Origin: Patescibacteria group bacterium
GTDB lineage: Bacteria; Patescibacteriota; Patescibacteriia; UBA9934
Direction: 5' to 3'
Assembly: GCA_038064675.1 (NCBI GenBank)
Contig: JBBTSM010000002.1
Coordinates: forward strand, 145,852 to 209,851
Length of the DNA: 64,000 bases
Shown here: piece by piece, positions 1 to 8,994 of the stretch
How the letters are laid out: the number at the start of each line of letters is the position of its first letter
Position numbering within the stretch: position 1 is the stretch's first letter
The notes under the pieces: generated by a model
What the model was told of the DNA's origin: nothing
Seen by the model: only the letters and a program-made list of their open reading frames with translations
The model's database searches: none
Position numbers and translations under genes: made by a program

Positions 1-427
1 ATTTGATAATCGCGAAATGCGTCGTGCACCAAGTCTTGCTGGAGATGTGGAGATCGCGCCGCGTTCTACCTGGCAGCCAACCCCTGCATCGCGTCGTGAT
101 GATTTCCGTGGAACGACGCGTATTGCTGCGCCGCACGAAACACCATTCGAATCCCGAAAAGTTCCCTCGGCAATGCCGTCTGCACAACCGCAGATGGAGC
201 GAATGGTTCCGCAGGAGCGCGATGTGTATCAGGAGCCGGTGCCACAACAACCATCACGTGGATCGATGATGAATGACGTCATTCCATCGGAGCCACGATT
301 CCGTCAGCAGCCAGTGTCGAATCAGTCGCCGCAGCAACAGGCCCCAGCGCCAATCCAGCAGCCACCGCAAAAGAGTGAAGACGATGATTTTGGAATTCCG
401 GCATTTATCCGACGAAAAATGATGTAG
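1..427 (+). CDS. ftsZ: Cell division protein FtsZ, C-terminal part (5' end lies outside the window). Gln/Pro-rich linker followed by the conserved C-terminal peptide DDDFGIPAFIRRK.
   Basis: The frame is open from base 2. Its C-terminus, '...EDDDFGIPAFIRRKMM', matches the FtsZ conserved C-terminal tail that follows the disordered Q/P-rich linker. Confidence 0.5.
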   Translation, partial: FDNREMRRAPSLAGDVEIAPRSTWQPTPASRRDDFRGTTRIAAPHETPFESRKVPSAMPSAQPQMERMVPQERDVYQEPVPQQPSRGSMMNDVIPSEPRFRQQPVSNQSPQQQAPAPIQQPPQKSEDDDFGIPAFIRRKMM

Positions 428-437
428 CAGAGCTTCC

Positions 438-488
438 TCAATTGGTCTATTTTCGACTTGCGTCATCGTAAACTAGCCTCAATTGAGA
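438..488. repeat. Truncated copy of the dispersed palindromic MITE-like repeat (copy G).
   Basis: The sequence 'caattggtctattttcgacttgcgtcatcgtaaactagcctcaattgag' aligns with the ends of the copies at 37332-37442 and 43903-44016. Confidence 0.4.
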
Positions 489-505
489 AACCTCCGCGGA
501 TTCGT

Positions 506-964
506 ATGAGATGCCCCGTGTGCGATTATAAGTCTACGAAAGTCATCGACTCCCGCCTTTCGCAGGACGGTATGGCGGTGCGCCGGCGACGGGAATGTGA
601 GAAGGCGCGATGCGCGTTTCGTTTTAGCACACAAGAAGAAGTTGAATTGATGGATTGTGCGGTGGTGAAACGCAACGGCAGACGCGAGCCGTATTTACGA
701 GAGAAGTTGGAATCTGGACTCAAAAAATCGCTCGAGAAGCGTCCGTATACGCAAAATCAATTTCATTCATTGGTGCACAATATTGAGCGCGAAATCCAAA
801 AGGTTCGCGGGGGAGAAATTACGTCGGCACAGGTTGGAGAAATCGTCATGCAACAGTTGAAAAGATTCGATAAGGTTGCGTACATCCGTTTTGCCTCCGT
901 ATATCACTCATTTGAAGGGCTAGAGATGTTTGAAAAGGAGCTGAAGAATCTTTCGGGAAAGTAG
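506..964 (+). CDS. nrdR: Transcriptional repressor NrdR (zinc ribbon plus ATP-cone).
   Basis: MRCPVCDYKSTKVIDSRLS...RRRREC...: an N-terminal CxxC...CxxC zinc ribbon followed by an ATP-cone. The in-frame ATG is at 506. Confidence 0.85.
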   Translation: MRCPVCDYKSTKVIDSRLSQDGMAVRRRRECEKARCAFRFSTQEEVELMDCAVVKRNGRREPYLREKLESGLKKSLEKRPYTQNQFHSLVHNIEREIQKVRGGEITSAQVGEIVMQQLKRFDKVAYIRFASVYHSFEGLEMFEKELKNLSGK

Positions 965-986
965 GGAATGGTATACTTCGTGTTGT

Positions 987-2390
987 ATGCACCGCAGAAC
1001 ACGAATTGTTTGTACGATCGGCCCAGCGTCGTCTGCGCCGTCGGTTTTGGCGCGCATGATGCGGTCTGGTATGGACGTGGCGCGGTTGAATTTTTCGCAC
1101 GGAACGCATCCGGAACATGAAGTGTTGTTGCGGAATATTCGATCGAGTGCAAAAAAGGTGGGGAAGCACATTACGATTTTGCAAGATCTTCAGGGACCAA
1201 AGATTCGCGTTGGAGCGTTGCCCGACGCTGGCGTGGAATTGCATCAAGGGCAATCGATCAGCTTTTCAACTGCGGTCAAAACATACGAAACACATGGCGC
1301 GTTGCCGGTGACGTATAAGAATCTTCATCGCGACGTGAAGGCTGGCGATAGGATTCTTCTTGATGATGGATTTCTTGAGGTTGCCGTAACACGCGTCAAA
1401 GGGAAAGTGATTCACGCGAAGGTTATTCATGGCGGAGTGTTGAAATCGCGAAAGGGGATGAATTTGCCAGACACAAAAGTGAGCGTTGATCCATTCACTG
1501 AGAAGGACCACACCGATCTGTTGTTCGGCGTTGCGCATGGCGTGGATTGGCTGGTACTGTCGTTTATTGCAAGGCCAGAAGTGGTTGAGCACGTTCGTCG
1601 TGTTGCTACCGCTACGGCTCGAGCGAACGCTGTTCCGGTGCCGTGGATTATGGCGAAGATCGAGACCGCGCTCGCGGTTGAGCGGTTTGATGAAATTCTC
1701 GCGGTTGTTGATGGCATTATGCTCGGTCGCGGCGATCTTGGCCTTGAAATTCCCATGGAAGAAGTGCCGATTGTCCAAAAGGACGTGATCGAGAAGTGCC
1801 GACGGGCAGGGAAGCCTATCATTATCGCCACACACATGCTCGATTCAATGTCGCGCAACCCTCGTGCTACGCGTGCCGAGGTTTCTGATGTTGCGAATGC
1901 GGTGTTCGACCATACGGACGCGGTGATGCTTTCTGCGGAATCGGCATCGGGTCGATACCCTGCCGCTACGGTGCAAGCAATGGCATCGGTGATCGATGAA
2001 GCAGAAAAGTCACGATTCGATTTGGTGGAAATGCCAATAGACGATGTCGATAGCCCCGTTCATGCCTTCGCGCACAGCATTGCCGTGATGGCGTCGCGAG
2101 CACTTATTGATGTGGTGGTGAGCACTGTTGCGCTTCCGGACGTGGCATTGGCATTACCGCGGTATCGTCCGCACGTCCCTATTTTGGTTGGGTGTGCAAG
2201 CGCGGCCGATGCACGGCGTATTGTGCTGTATGCTGGAGTTGTTCCATTCGTTTTGCCGATCGACGCCGGCACGTTTGTTCCACGATCCCACGCATTTCTT
2301 ATCCGTCACGGGTTTGTAAGGGCTCGTGATCGCGTGGCGTATGTGGTTGGCGGCGGCGGGACGCTTTCGTTAATGATTCACGGCGGATAG
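987..2390 (+). CDS. pyk: Pyruvate kinase.
   Basis: RRTRIVCTIGPAS...MDVARLNFSHG...MAKIETA...MLGRGDLG: canonical pyruvate kinase motifs over the full 467 aa. Confidence 0.9.
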   Translation: MHRRTRIVCTIGPASSAPSVLARMMRSGMDVARLNFSHGTHPEHEVLLRNIRSSAKKVGKHITILQDLQGPKIRVGALPDAGVELHQGQSISFSTAVKTYETHGALPVTYKNLHRDVKAGDRILLDDGFLEVAVTRVKGKVIHAKVIHGGVLKSRKGMNLPDTKVSVDPFTEKDHTDLLFGVAHGVDWLVLSFIARPEVVEHVRRVATATARANAVPVPWIMAKIETALAVERFDEILAVVDGIMLGRGDLGLEIPMEEVPIVQKDVIEKCRRAGKPIIIATHMLDSMSRNPRATRAEVSDVANAVFDHTDAVMLSAESASGRYPAATVQAMASVIDEAEKSRFDLVEMPIDDVDSPVHAFAHSIAVMASRALIDVVVSTVALPDVALALPRYRPHVPILVGCASAADARRIVLYAGVVPFVLPIDAGTFVPRSHAFLIRHGFVRARDRVAYVVGGGGTLSLMIHGG

Positions 2391-2397
2391 TCATTCT

Positions 2398-2871
2398 ATG
2401 AAACGTCTTTTCTTTCTTTTTGGTGCGCTCGTTCTTCTTGGTGGGGGATGCGGGTCGTCACCAACGGTTTCACCGGCAACGACCGCAACACCCTCGGCAA
2501 CGGTATCGTCACCAATGGCTCCAATTGTGCCCGCGGACGATGCCGCAACACCTGCTGCTCTGGTTGCTACTCCGCCGGTTACTCCCTCCGTTGCAGAGCC
2601 CGAAATATTGTCGGTCGCGATGACGACGGGAAACTTTTTCTTCGATCCTGCGACGATTACCACAAGCCCGGGGCAAGAGGTATCCATTTCTTTTACGGAT
2701 AATGAAGGCACGCACACGTTTCTTATTGACGAGATTGGGTTGAAAAAGACGATCACCACCGGAACGGTTGTGACATTCACCGCGCCAACAACTCCAGGAA
2801 ACTACGCCTACTACTGCGACATCGGTGCGCATCGGAAGTTGGGGATGGAGGGTGTGTTGATTGTGAAGTGA
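2398..2871 (+). CDS. Cupredoxin-domain lipoprotein (plastocyanin/azurin-like blue copper protein).
   Basis: Signal peptide with lipobox LLGGGC. The C-terminus, 'GNYAYYCDIGAHRKLGMEGVLIV', is a typical type-1 Cu site (Cys...His...Met). Confidence 0.7.
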   Translation: MKRLFFLFGALVLLGGGCGSSPTVSPATTATPSATVSSPMAPIVPADDAATPAALVATPPVTPSVAEPEILSVAMTTGNFFFDPATITTSPGQEVSISFTDNEGTHTFLIDEIGLKKTITTGTVVTFTAPTTPGNYAYYCDIGAHRKLGMEGVLIVK

Positions 2872-3294
2872 GCTGAATTTGAATTGGCCTGAGCCTTTGA
2901 AGAGGGTGGGACGAGGAGGCAACGGCTGAGAGTATGAGGTGCTGCAACAGGAATCGATGCCCTCGAATTTTGGGGTTTTAAAACTGGGCAACGAAACGTG
3001 ATCTGAGCCTGAAATCGGGAAACAATGAAATCGATTTCGAAAATCCGTTATCGCCGATCGTAGACTGCACCATCGACAACTCTGCGCATCGTCGGGATCG
3101 ACCAGTGATTTCTTTCTGCGAAACATTCGCATTAGCAGAACACCCTCTTTGAAATCGAGTACCCATCACTCTCGCAAGCCCCCTCCTTACTCCCCCATCC
3201 CCATCCGGGGACAAGTAAATGGGGGAGAGTTGTCGCCGCTCCGCTCACAACCCCTCAAAGGTTCAGTTCAGATCCCTTATAGCAAAAAAGAAAA

Positions 3295-3317
3295 CACAGC
3301 CCTTTCGGGCTGTGTTT
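3295..3317. terminator. Bidirectional intrinsic-terminator hairpin.
   Basis: The hairpin acacagccc-tttc-gggctgtgt is flanked by A-runs on one side and T-runs on the other, and lies between convergent genes. Confidence 0.5.
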
Positions 3318-3338
3318 TTCATCGAATCGATTATAGGA

Positions 3339-3560
3339 CTATGCCTTACACATCTTGCACTTGCCGCAAAACAGCATTGCAATAGCGGAAAGACCAACGA
3401 GCATGTACACCACGTTTTCCAACGATCCTCCTGCTACGGTGCCGAGGAGTGAGTGCACAAGATTCCACTGGAAGAAACCGACGAGTCCCCAGTTCAACGC
3501 TCCAACCCAGACCAACACACCAGCGACCTTGTGTACTGAACATTCGCCTTTGCCCATCAT
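3339..3560 (-). CDS. DUF378-family small membrane protein.
   Basis: The 73-aa product contains 'GALNWGLVGFFQWNLVHSLLG', which is characteristic of DUF378. Confidence 0.65.
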   Translation of the reverse strand: MMGKGECSVHKVAGVLVWVGALNWGLVGFFQWNLVHSLLGTVAGGSLENVVYMLVGLSAIAMLFCGKCKMCKA

Positions 3561-3672
3561 AGGAAAACGATTAATGATTTAATCCTAGTAAAAGCATACA
3601 TGGAAAAAATAGACCGCCCCGGAGGCCTGTGGAAAACTTTGCTTTGCGTGCTGTGCTGTACAATGCCGATAT

Positions 3673-3984
3673 ATGGATTCACTCGGAATGTTCTTCGCAA
3701 AACGATACGGATACGCGCTCTTGTTTGCGTCGCCGATCATTCTTGGAGCGATAGCCATTGGCATGCTCTCGAATATTCTCCAGGTGCGCGGTGCGTTGCA
3801 GGGCGTACAAGACGGCGTTGCCATTGTTGGCATGCTTGTACTGATGTTGGCGCTCGGAGTCGTCATCGTTGTTCGCAAACCACTCCCTGGGATTTTCGGA
3901 CGATGGCAAGGGCTGTTGAGCAAGATTCCAACATGGCGTATGCGTTTGGCAGAGCATGCAGAGGAGCAGCGTGCGCAGCGCTAA
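3673..3984 (+). CDS. Small hydrophobic membrane protein of unknown function.
   Basis: The 103-aa ORF has two predicted transmembrane segments and no recognisable motif. Confidence 0.35.
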   Translation: MDSLGMFFAKRYGYALLFASPIILGAIAIGMLSNILQVRGALQGVQDGVAIVGMLVLMLALGVVIVVRKPLPGIFGRWQGLLSKIPTWRMRLAEHAEEQRAQR

Positions 3985-4970
3985 CGGCTGTTCATGAATG
4001 TGTCGGTAGTTGTCGCGAATGAAGCGATGGTTGATGCAAGTGTTTGAAGATCGTTTCCTTCGGTCATCACGCAGATAAGGTATGGATTTTTCGCGTAAAC
4101 GATGCCGCAGTCGTGATGCTGATACGCCGTTGTTCCATCTGGGTTTGCAAGTGTCACGTCGCCAAATTTGTGTGCAACCGCCTCTGTTGCATCAACCCCG
4201 CTCACGAGCGCATCGCGATAATCGCTCCGTGAGAGCATCTCAAGAATACGCTCAGAGTCCTGCGCGGTAAGGAGCGTGCTGTTATGCAATACACGAAGAA
4301 GACGAGAGTAGAGTCGCGGTGTGATGGTGTAGTGTTCTTCGTCTGAAAAGCTTGGCAGTTCGAGTGCGTTCAGCAGCCCGTTCAGCTCCTCAGCTTTCAT
4401 ATGTTCGATGAGAGTGTGCGACGCAACGTTATCCGAGTACGTAATCATGATGGTGAGGAGCTCTGCAACGGTGTATTGCTTGCCCGACTCGGCGGAAACT
4501 GCTGGTGGAATATTTTGGGGAGATGCTTTATATGATGGATCGACGGTAAGAACTTCATCGAGAATGGTTGGATTGTTTTCTGATTCGTTGATGTACCCGA
4601 TGAGCGTGATAATTTTCATTAGGCTTCCAGGAATATATTCGTCGTCACCGTTCACCGCGGTCCATGTGCCGCCATTCAGATCGCGAACGTAGACTCCCGC
4701 TTTTTGAATGCTGCCAGCGGCAACAGCGCGATCGACGGCGTCTTGTAATAACGATCGGAGACTATCGAGTTCTGACGATGGGATTTGTGAATCCACGCCG
4801 CAGGCAAGAAGTGGTTGTATAAGCGGAAATGCAGGATTATCAATCCGGAGCGCGTGGCCGCGGCTGGCGGTTTCTTGTACAAAAAACGCCCAGGGAACCG
4901 TAAAGCCAATTCCAATGCCGAGGAGAAGGAATCCAACGGCCAGACGAATGGTGCGTTTTGTGGGCGACAT
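3981..4970 (-). CDS. Class A beta-lactamase-like serine hydrolase (membrane-anchored or secreted).
   Basis: An N-terminal hydrophobic anchor, an SxxK motif in 'GSLMKI', an SDN motif in 'YSDNV', and a KTG-like 'HKFGD'. Confidence 0.65.
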   Translation of the reverse strand: MSPTKRTIRLAVGFLLLGIGIGFTVPWAFFVQETASRGHALRIDNPAFPLIQPLLACGVDSQIPSSELDSLRSLLQDAVDRAVAAGSIQKAGVYVRDLNGGTWTAVNGDDEYIPGSLMKIITLIGYINESENNPTILDEVLTVDPSYKASPQNIPPAVSAESGKQYTVAELLTIMITYSDNVASHTLIEHMKAEELNGLLNALELPSFSDEEHYTITPRLYSRLLRVLHNSTLLTAQDSERILEMLSRSDYRDALVSGVDATEAVAHKFGDVTLANPDGTTAYQHHDCGIVYAKNPYLICVMTEGNDLQTLASTIASFATTTDTFMNSR

Positions 4971-5068
4971 GATGCTATTTTTTCACAGTCTCCATCCTTG
5001 TCAAAAAAATCCGGCGTGGTACTATACTCGCGCTCAGGAATTTATGTGAACGTTCATATTTGTGGGTA

Positions 5069-5162
5069 GTTTCGGTGCGCTAGGAGCAAATCTCGCGAGA
5101 CGTACTTCATGGTACGTTGAGCAAGTTTGCGACGCAGCAAACCGAAAATACCCCAAATAGGG
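5069..5162. repeat. Palindromic MITE-like repeat, copy A, immediately upstream of tRNA-Asp.
   Basis: It contains the core 'gagacgtacttcatggtacgttgag' with an ACGTAC-N6-GTACGT dyad. The same core is shared with copies at 29483, 28886, 37332, 43903 and 46436. Confidence 0.6.
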
Positions 5163-5174
5163 ACGTTCACTCCT

Positions 5175-5251
5175 GGGTCGGTAGCTCAACTGGTTAGAGC
5201 GCTGCCCTGTCACGGCAGAGGTTGCGGGTTCGAGTCCCGTCCGTCCCGCCA
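5175..5251 (+). tRNA. tRNA-Asp (anticodon GTC).
   Basis: Manual fold: 7-bp acceptor stem GGGTCGG/CCGTCCC, D-arm GCTC..GAGC, anticodon stem CTGCC/GGCAG with loop CTGTCAC, T-arm GCGGG TTCGAGT CCCGT, and a terminal CCA. Confidence 0.85.
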
Positions 5252-5302
5252 GAAAACGACTTCACCTTGGTGAGGTCGTTTTCTTTTTGGGTTAGCGGAA
5301 TT

Positions 5303-6424
5303 TTATGCCGTCACGAGAGTATTCACCGTCCGATTTTGCTCCCAAGAAATAACAGTGTTGCCCGCCTGTTGCCCGGGAACCTCAATTATCGTTTCGAGAA
5401 CCTGTACCGCATCGTGAAGAGAGGCTGATGTTAGGTGGGCGTATCGCTCCGTCATCGCGATCGTGGAATGACCGAGAAGCTCCTGAATGACTCGGAGAGA
5501 GATGCCCTTTATTGCGAGATGCGAAGCGAACGTGTGGCGCAACAGATGCCAGCCCACTTTCCGATCAATTCCAGCATTCCGACAAAGGCGCTTCAATTCT
5601 CGGGTTGCTCCATCGGTACTCCACGGCTTTTCGCCCAGACCGGGGAACGGGAACATGAGTCCCCTTGGTTTGCGCTCCATATAGAGCGAGTGACGCAAAT
5701 CACCAGCGAGTGGAACATGACGAATTCTGTGACTTTTTGTTGTTGTCATTTCTCGTCGAACCCACGATCGTTGGACAGCGACGGTATTTCCCTCGAAGTC
5801 GATATCACTCCACGAAAGTCCCAGAAGCTCCCCCAGCCGCAACCCCGTCCGAAGAGCGACAAAGATCATTCTATGCAGCAATGCGGGTGCTGGCGCGGCT
5901 AGGAGCCTTACAGCTTCGTGCTCTGAAAGAAAATCCACACGTCGCGAATGCGACTTCATCAGCGCAATACGAGGTATCGAGGAGATTTTCTCCCATTCGA
6001 CCGCTGATCGTAGGCAGCGACCGAGTACTGTTAGCTGATTGTTAATCGACTTGGACGATAGCCCCTCATCGCGCTTACGCGCCTTGTATCGCTCGATGTC
6101 TTCTCCGGCAATGCGATCAATCCGTATCTTTCCAAAGAAAGGCACAAGATGTCGTTGAAGGATTGATGCCTTCATTCTGCGTTCTGAGAGTTTATTGTTT
6201 GCGGCGACATAGGAATCCATCCAGCTAACTGAGAACTCCGAAAAAATCGGAGCGTCCACGGGTTTCTCTAGATGACCATCGCGCGCGAACCTCGCTCGTA
6301 ACATCGCCTCATATGCCGCAGCACCAGCGCGACTATTTTCCGGACTTCTTTTGCGGCAACGGACACACGCTATGCTGAAGTCCACCCACCATGTGTTTCG
6401 CATTTTTCGTACGCTCATACTCAT
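5303..6424 (-). CDS. int: Tyrosine-type site-specific integrase.
   Basis: The C-terminal catalytic region has 'HLLRHTFASHLA' (HxxR) and 'LGHSTIAMTERYAHL' (catalytic Tyr). The ORF is open to 6559, but the likely start is the internal 'MSMSVRKMRN' methionine. Confidence 0.8.
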   Translation of the reverse strand: MSMSVRKMRNTWWVDFSIACVRCRKRSPENSRAGAAAYEAMLRARFARDGHLEKPVDAPIFSEFSVSWMDSYVAANNKLSERRMKASILQRHLVPFFGKIRIDRIAGEDIERYKARKRDEGLSSKSINNQLTVLGRCLRSAVEWEKISSIPRIALMKSHSRRVDFLSEHEAVRLLAAPAPALLHRMIFVALRTGLRLGELLGLSWSDIDFEGNTVAVQRSWVRREMTTTKSHRIRHVPLAGDLRHSLYMERKPRGLMFPFPGLGEKPWSTDGATRELKRLCRNAGIDRKVGWHLLRHTFASHLAIKGISLRVIQELLGHSTIAMTERYAHLTSASLHDAVQVLETIIEVPGQQAGNTVISWEQNRTVNTLVTA

Positions 6425-6629
6425 TCGACTGCGCCACGAGGTGTCTTTCAATATACGTATCAACGTCTGAACGTCGAAAACGAATATAACGAGGGAACCG
6501 ATAGAACGGAATCGACTTTCGTCCGACAATGCGGTACACAGTCTGTTCCGAAATATCAAGGAATTTGGCCAAGCCTTTTACATCGAAGAATTCCTTTTGT
6601 TCAGTTTCTACCTCGTGGCTGCCTGTCAT
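6333..6629 (-). CDS. xis: Excisionase/AlpA-like helix-turn-helix DNA-binding protein.
   Basis: 'DVKGLAKFLDISEQTVYRIVGRKSIPFYRF' is an excisionase-family HTH. The gene lies directly upstream of the integrase on the same strand. Confidence 0.55.
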   Translation of the reverse strand: MTGSHEVETEQKEFFDVKGLAKFLDISEQTVYRIVGRKSIPFYRFPRYIRFRRSDVDTYIERHLVAQSNEYERTKNAKHMVGGLQHSVCPLPQKKSGK

Positions 6630-6713
6630 ATTAATTTTGAATGAGCAACGTTCCGGGCACGATTTTTTGATCGTGTATAGGTTTGCTCATCATAGTTGAT
6701 TTAATAGATATTG

Positions 6714-6917
6714 CTAAGCGGTTCGACTATAAATTTGCACACGTTCCTCGAAGGGTAATTCTGATTTCGGTATAGATGCGTAATAGCCACAGGGTTTTTT
6801 CGCGCCACACTGAAAGTAGACGTATTTCTTTCGTCGAGTGCACCGTAACGGAGATTTTCCACACCAAAGACACGTTTTATTCCAAAGTTCACGAACCGCA
6901 CTAAATTTTCTATTCAT
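6714..6917 (-). CDS. Small Cys-rich (zinc-ribbon-like) hypothetical protein, island cargo.
   Basis: A 67-aa ORF with CLWC...C...FQC...KPC spacing. An ORF in the other frame at 6701-6901 was considered less likely. Confidence 0.25.
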   Translation of the reverse strand: MNRKFSAVRELWNKTCLWCGKSPLRCTRRKKYVYFQCGAKKPCGYYASIPKSELPFEERVQIYSRTA

Positions 6918-7112
6918 ATTCAGATTACCTTCGCTCTCCCTCAGTGCACTGAGGAAGCCGACATTGGGTTGTATTAAGAGTCATGGCCATGGGGTTGAGC
7001 CCGAGCACACTGGCGAATCCAGCTTCAGGCGTGGTAGACATGGTCACGAATATGTAGAACGTATCGTCGAAAAGTTTTAAGTCGTTCCACGGATAGTCTG
7101 GACTTGGTGAAT

Positions 7113-7397
7113 CTAATTGCCGTCGTACATTCGAGCTTTGACGAACTTCATGTGTCGAGAAAATTCCTGCGGTTCAACTCGCATTCGTCGCATCCAAAAA
7201 GATTGGATTGCCGCTTCAAGCTCTTCTGATCGTTGAATGTAAAAAGCTACTCGTCCATCCTGATCTTTTTCCGTTGCCTCGATACAAAAACCGAGAAGCG
7301 AAAGTGATGAAACAAGAATCCAATCACGAGTCACGAAGGATCTATGCCCTGAATCTTCATCGTTATTCATATATGTTTTCTTAATCGAAAAGACCAT
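7113..7397 (-). CDS. Hypothetical protein, island cargo.
   Basis: A 94-aa ORF on the same strand as the integrase, AT-rich. Confidence 0.3.
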   Translation of the reverse strand: MVFSIKKTYMNNDEDSGHRSFVTRDWILVSSLSLLGFCIEATEKDQDGRVAFYIQRSEELEAAIQSFWMRRMRVEPQEFSRHMKFVKARMYDGN

Positions 7398-7488
7398 GCG
7401 CGCAGCATGATCTTTTTTCTAAAAATAGTCGTTCGGATTTAAGCCCCTGACTAAATCCAGCAGACTTTTTATGGATTATCCGATGTTT

Positions 7489-8445
7489 TTAGGCATTAAT
7501 CTCCACTAATCCACAGCTTATTTCTGAAACGATTTGTCGAATTGTTCCTGCATCTATTTTCAGCCCACCATTTTCTGGTCTTGATAGCCAAGTCTGTAAC
7601 TTAACATCAGGATTCTTTCCGGCCGTTTTAAAAACTTGATATTGGTTATAGATTCTTACATTACGCAAGAAGTTTCTATCCGCACTCATTCTTTTGCCCT
7701 CAGGTATTGATCTTCCCGCTTTCAAGCAAAGAGAAATGCTATCCCAATTCTTTTCTATATATCCCAAGAGTTCTTCTTTTTCCGTTGTGTCGTCAAAAAC
7801 AAGCTCACAGACTTTTGGGGCAAGCTCTTTGGGCTCAGTAATCGGAAGTTTAAGCGAAGGAAAAAGCTCGCTTCCCGGTAACTTTATGGGTGTCGCTGCG
7901 AGTATCTCCAAACTTTTCGCAATATCTGCTTTGAGCTCTTCTGGGGTAAAACGAAGGATTTGATTCACTTTCCTACTCGTAACGTCGGTTTTGAAACTAA
8001 TCGTATTTGAAATGTTTGGATAAGCGAATTCCTTGCTCCAGATTTCAAATTCCAGAGAAAAGGATGGGAAGCTCTTTATATCCATCGAATGCTCGAAATA
8101 TAGATGCTCGATAATTTGAGATGCTGTTTTTACAAAGTACTCCTTTTCGTTTTCGGTAACATTTTTGAAATAATTTCCAAGAACCACACGATCCAAATAT
8201 TTTCGAATAACATCGGAAACGTCCTCATCCTTCTCGCATAACGGATAGCTCAAGCCTTTCCTCATCTTTAGATAATGTGCGTCTAAATGAAATAATAGCC
8301 CTTGAAAATCGTTTCTCAGGATAAGAACTTTGAGAGAATGAGCAACACGAAACTCTTTATTTTTAAGGAGAAATTCGTAACATCGACAGCCAAAATCATC
8401 CAACTCTATTTTTGTATTCTCATTCTTCATATTCGCATTATGCAA
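7489..8445 (-). CDS. Hypothetical protein (318 aa), island cargo.
   Basis: A long AT-rich ORF with no recognisable catalytic motif. Confidence 0.45.
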   Translation of the reverse strand: MHNANMKNENTKIELDDFGCRCYEFLLKNKEFRVAHSLKVLILRNDFQGLLFHLDAHYLKMRKGLSYPLCEKDEDVSDVIRKYLDRVVLGNYFKNVTENEKEYFVKTASQIIEHLYFEHSMDIKSFPSFSLEFEIWSKEFAYPNISNTISFKTDVTSRKVNQILRFTPEELKADIAKSLEILAATPIKLPGSELFPSLKLPITEPKELAPKVCELVFDDTTEKEELLGYIEKNWDSISLCLKAGRSIPEGKRMSADRNFLRNVRIYNQYQVFKTAGKNPDVKLQTWLSRPENGGLKIDAGTIRQIVSEISCGLVEINA

Positions 8446-8473
8446 GTATGGTAAGCAATATCACCTACAATGA

Positions 8474-8786
8474 AAATGGTAGAAAAAGGTGGAAATACGA
8501 CGTTTCAAAAATGGTAGCAAATGGTCGCATTTTGGAGAGATGGAGACTAAAAAAGGTGGGAAATGGTGGGATTTTATAAATGGTGGAAAAGGGTGGAAAT
8601 TTGAGGTTTTAAAAATGTTGGAAAAACATGGAAATTCGTGGAATTAAAAGGGTCGAAAAAGGTCGAATCTCGTTAGTGAAGAATTGGCGGAAAAAGGCGG
8701 ATACTCAATAGCTAGAAAATGGCTGGAATGGTCTGGTTTTTGAGTTATGAAAAATGGTAGGCAAAGGTAGGATTTTTATTGGAAAA
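8474..8786. repeat. Array of nine degenerate ~35-bp tandem units. Each unit carries a unit-specific GG-word duplicated across an A-tract.
   Basis: Every unit has the form atGG-W-aaaaa-GG-W-aat...aaaa with a 10-bp internal period. Examples: ggtcgAAAAAggtcgAAT; ggcggAAAAAggcggATA; ggtaggCAAAggtaggATT; ggtggAAAAgggtggAAAT; ggctggAAtggtctggTTT. Confidence 0.7.
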
Positions 8787-8853
8787 TAAGGGAACTCGCC
8801 CGATCGAAGTGTCTGCTAGCCGAAGCCTTTCTTTTTCGCTATACTCCGTCTTG

Positions 8854-8988
8854 TCGAGCTTCAACCCAAAACACGGGCAATTTTTGCCTTATCGGATCGC
8901 GCGCTATAAGCGGCACCGATAAAACAACACAGCACGATCCGTCGTGTTGGGTTGAGGCTCGACACCTTCGGTGTCGCTTTTTGTTTTT
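8854..8988 (+). ncRNA. Candidate structured RNA or leader: a ~21-bp imperfect long-range stem enclosing ~67 nt, immediately followed by an intrinsic terminator.
   Basis: The left arm 'gtcgagcttcaacccaaaacacg' (8854-8875) pairs with 'cgtgttgggttgaggctcgac' (8943-8963). A terminator hairpin gacaccttcggtgtc plus a T-run follows at 8961-8988. Confidence 0.35.
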
Positions 8989-8994
8989 AAAAAT

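Noticed and set aside
6424-6559. A 45-codon N-terminal extension of the integrase ORF.
   Set aside because: It overlaps the Xis-like gene and has no integrase-like sequence. An internal Met at 'MSMSVRKMRN' is the more plausible start.
8474-8786. Possible CRISPR array, or possible tandem mini-ORFs encoding an 'MVEKGGN...' peptide repeat.
   Set aside because: The units do not share a conserved repeat and there are no separate spacers, so it is not CRISPR. Unit lengths (29-40 bp) are not multiples of three and the frames are broken by stops after 10-20 codons, so a coding repeat is unlikely.
8971-8994. GTG start at 8971 for the first operon gene (listed in the ORF track).
   Set aside because: It would place the first eight codons inside the terminator hairpin and T-run. 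The ATG at 8995 is preferred.
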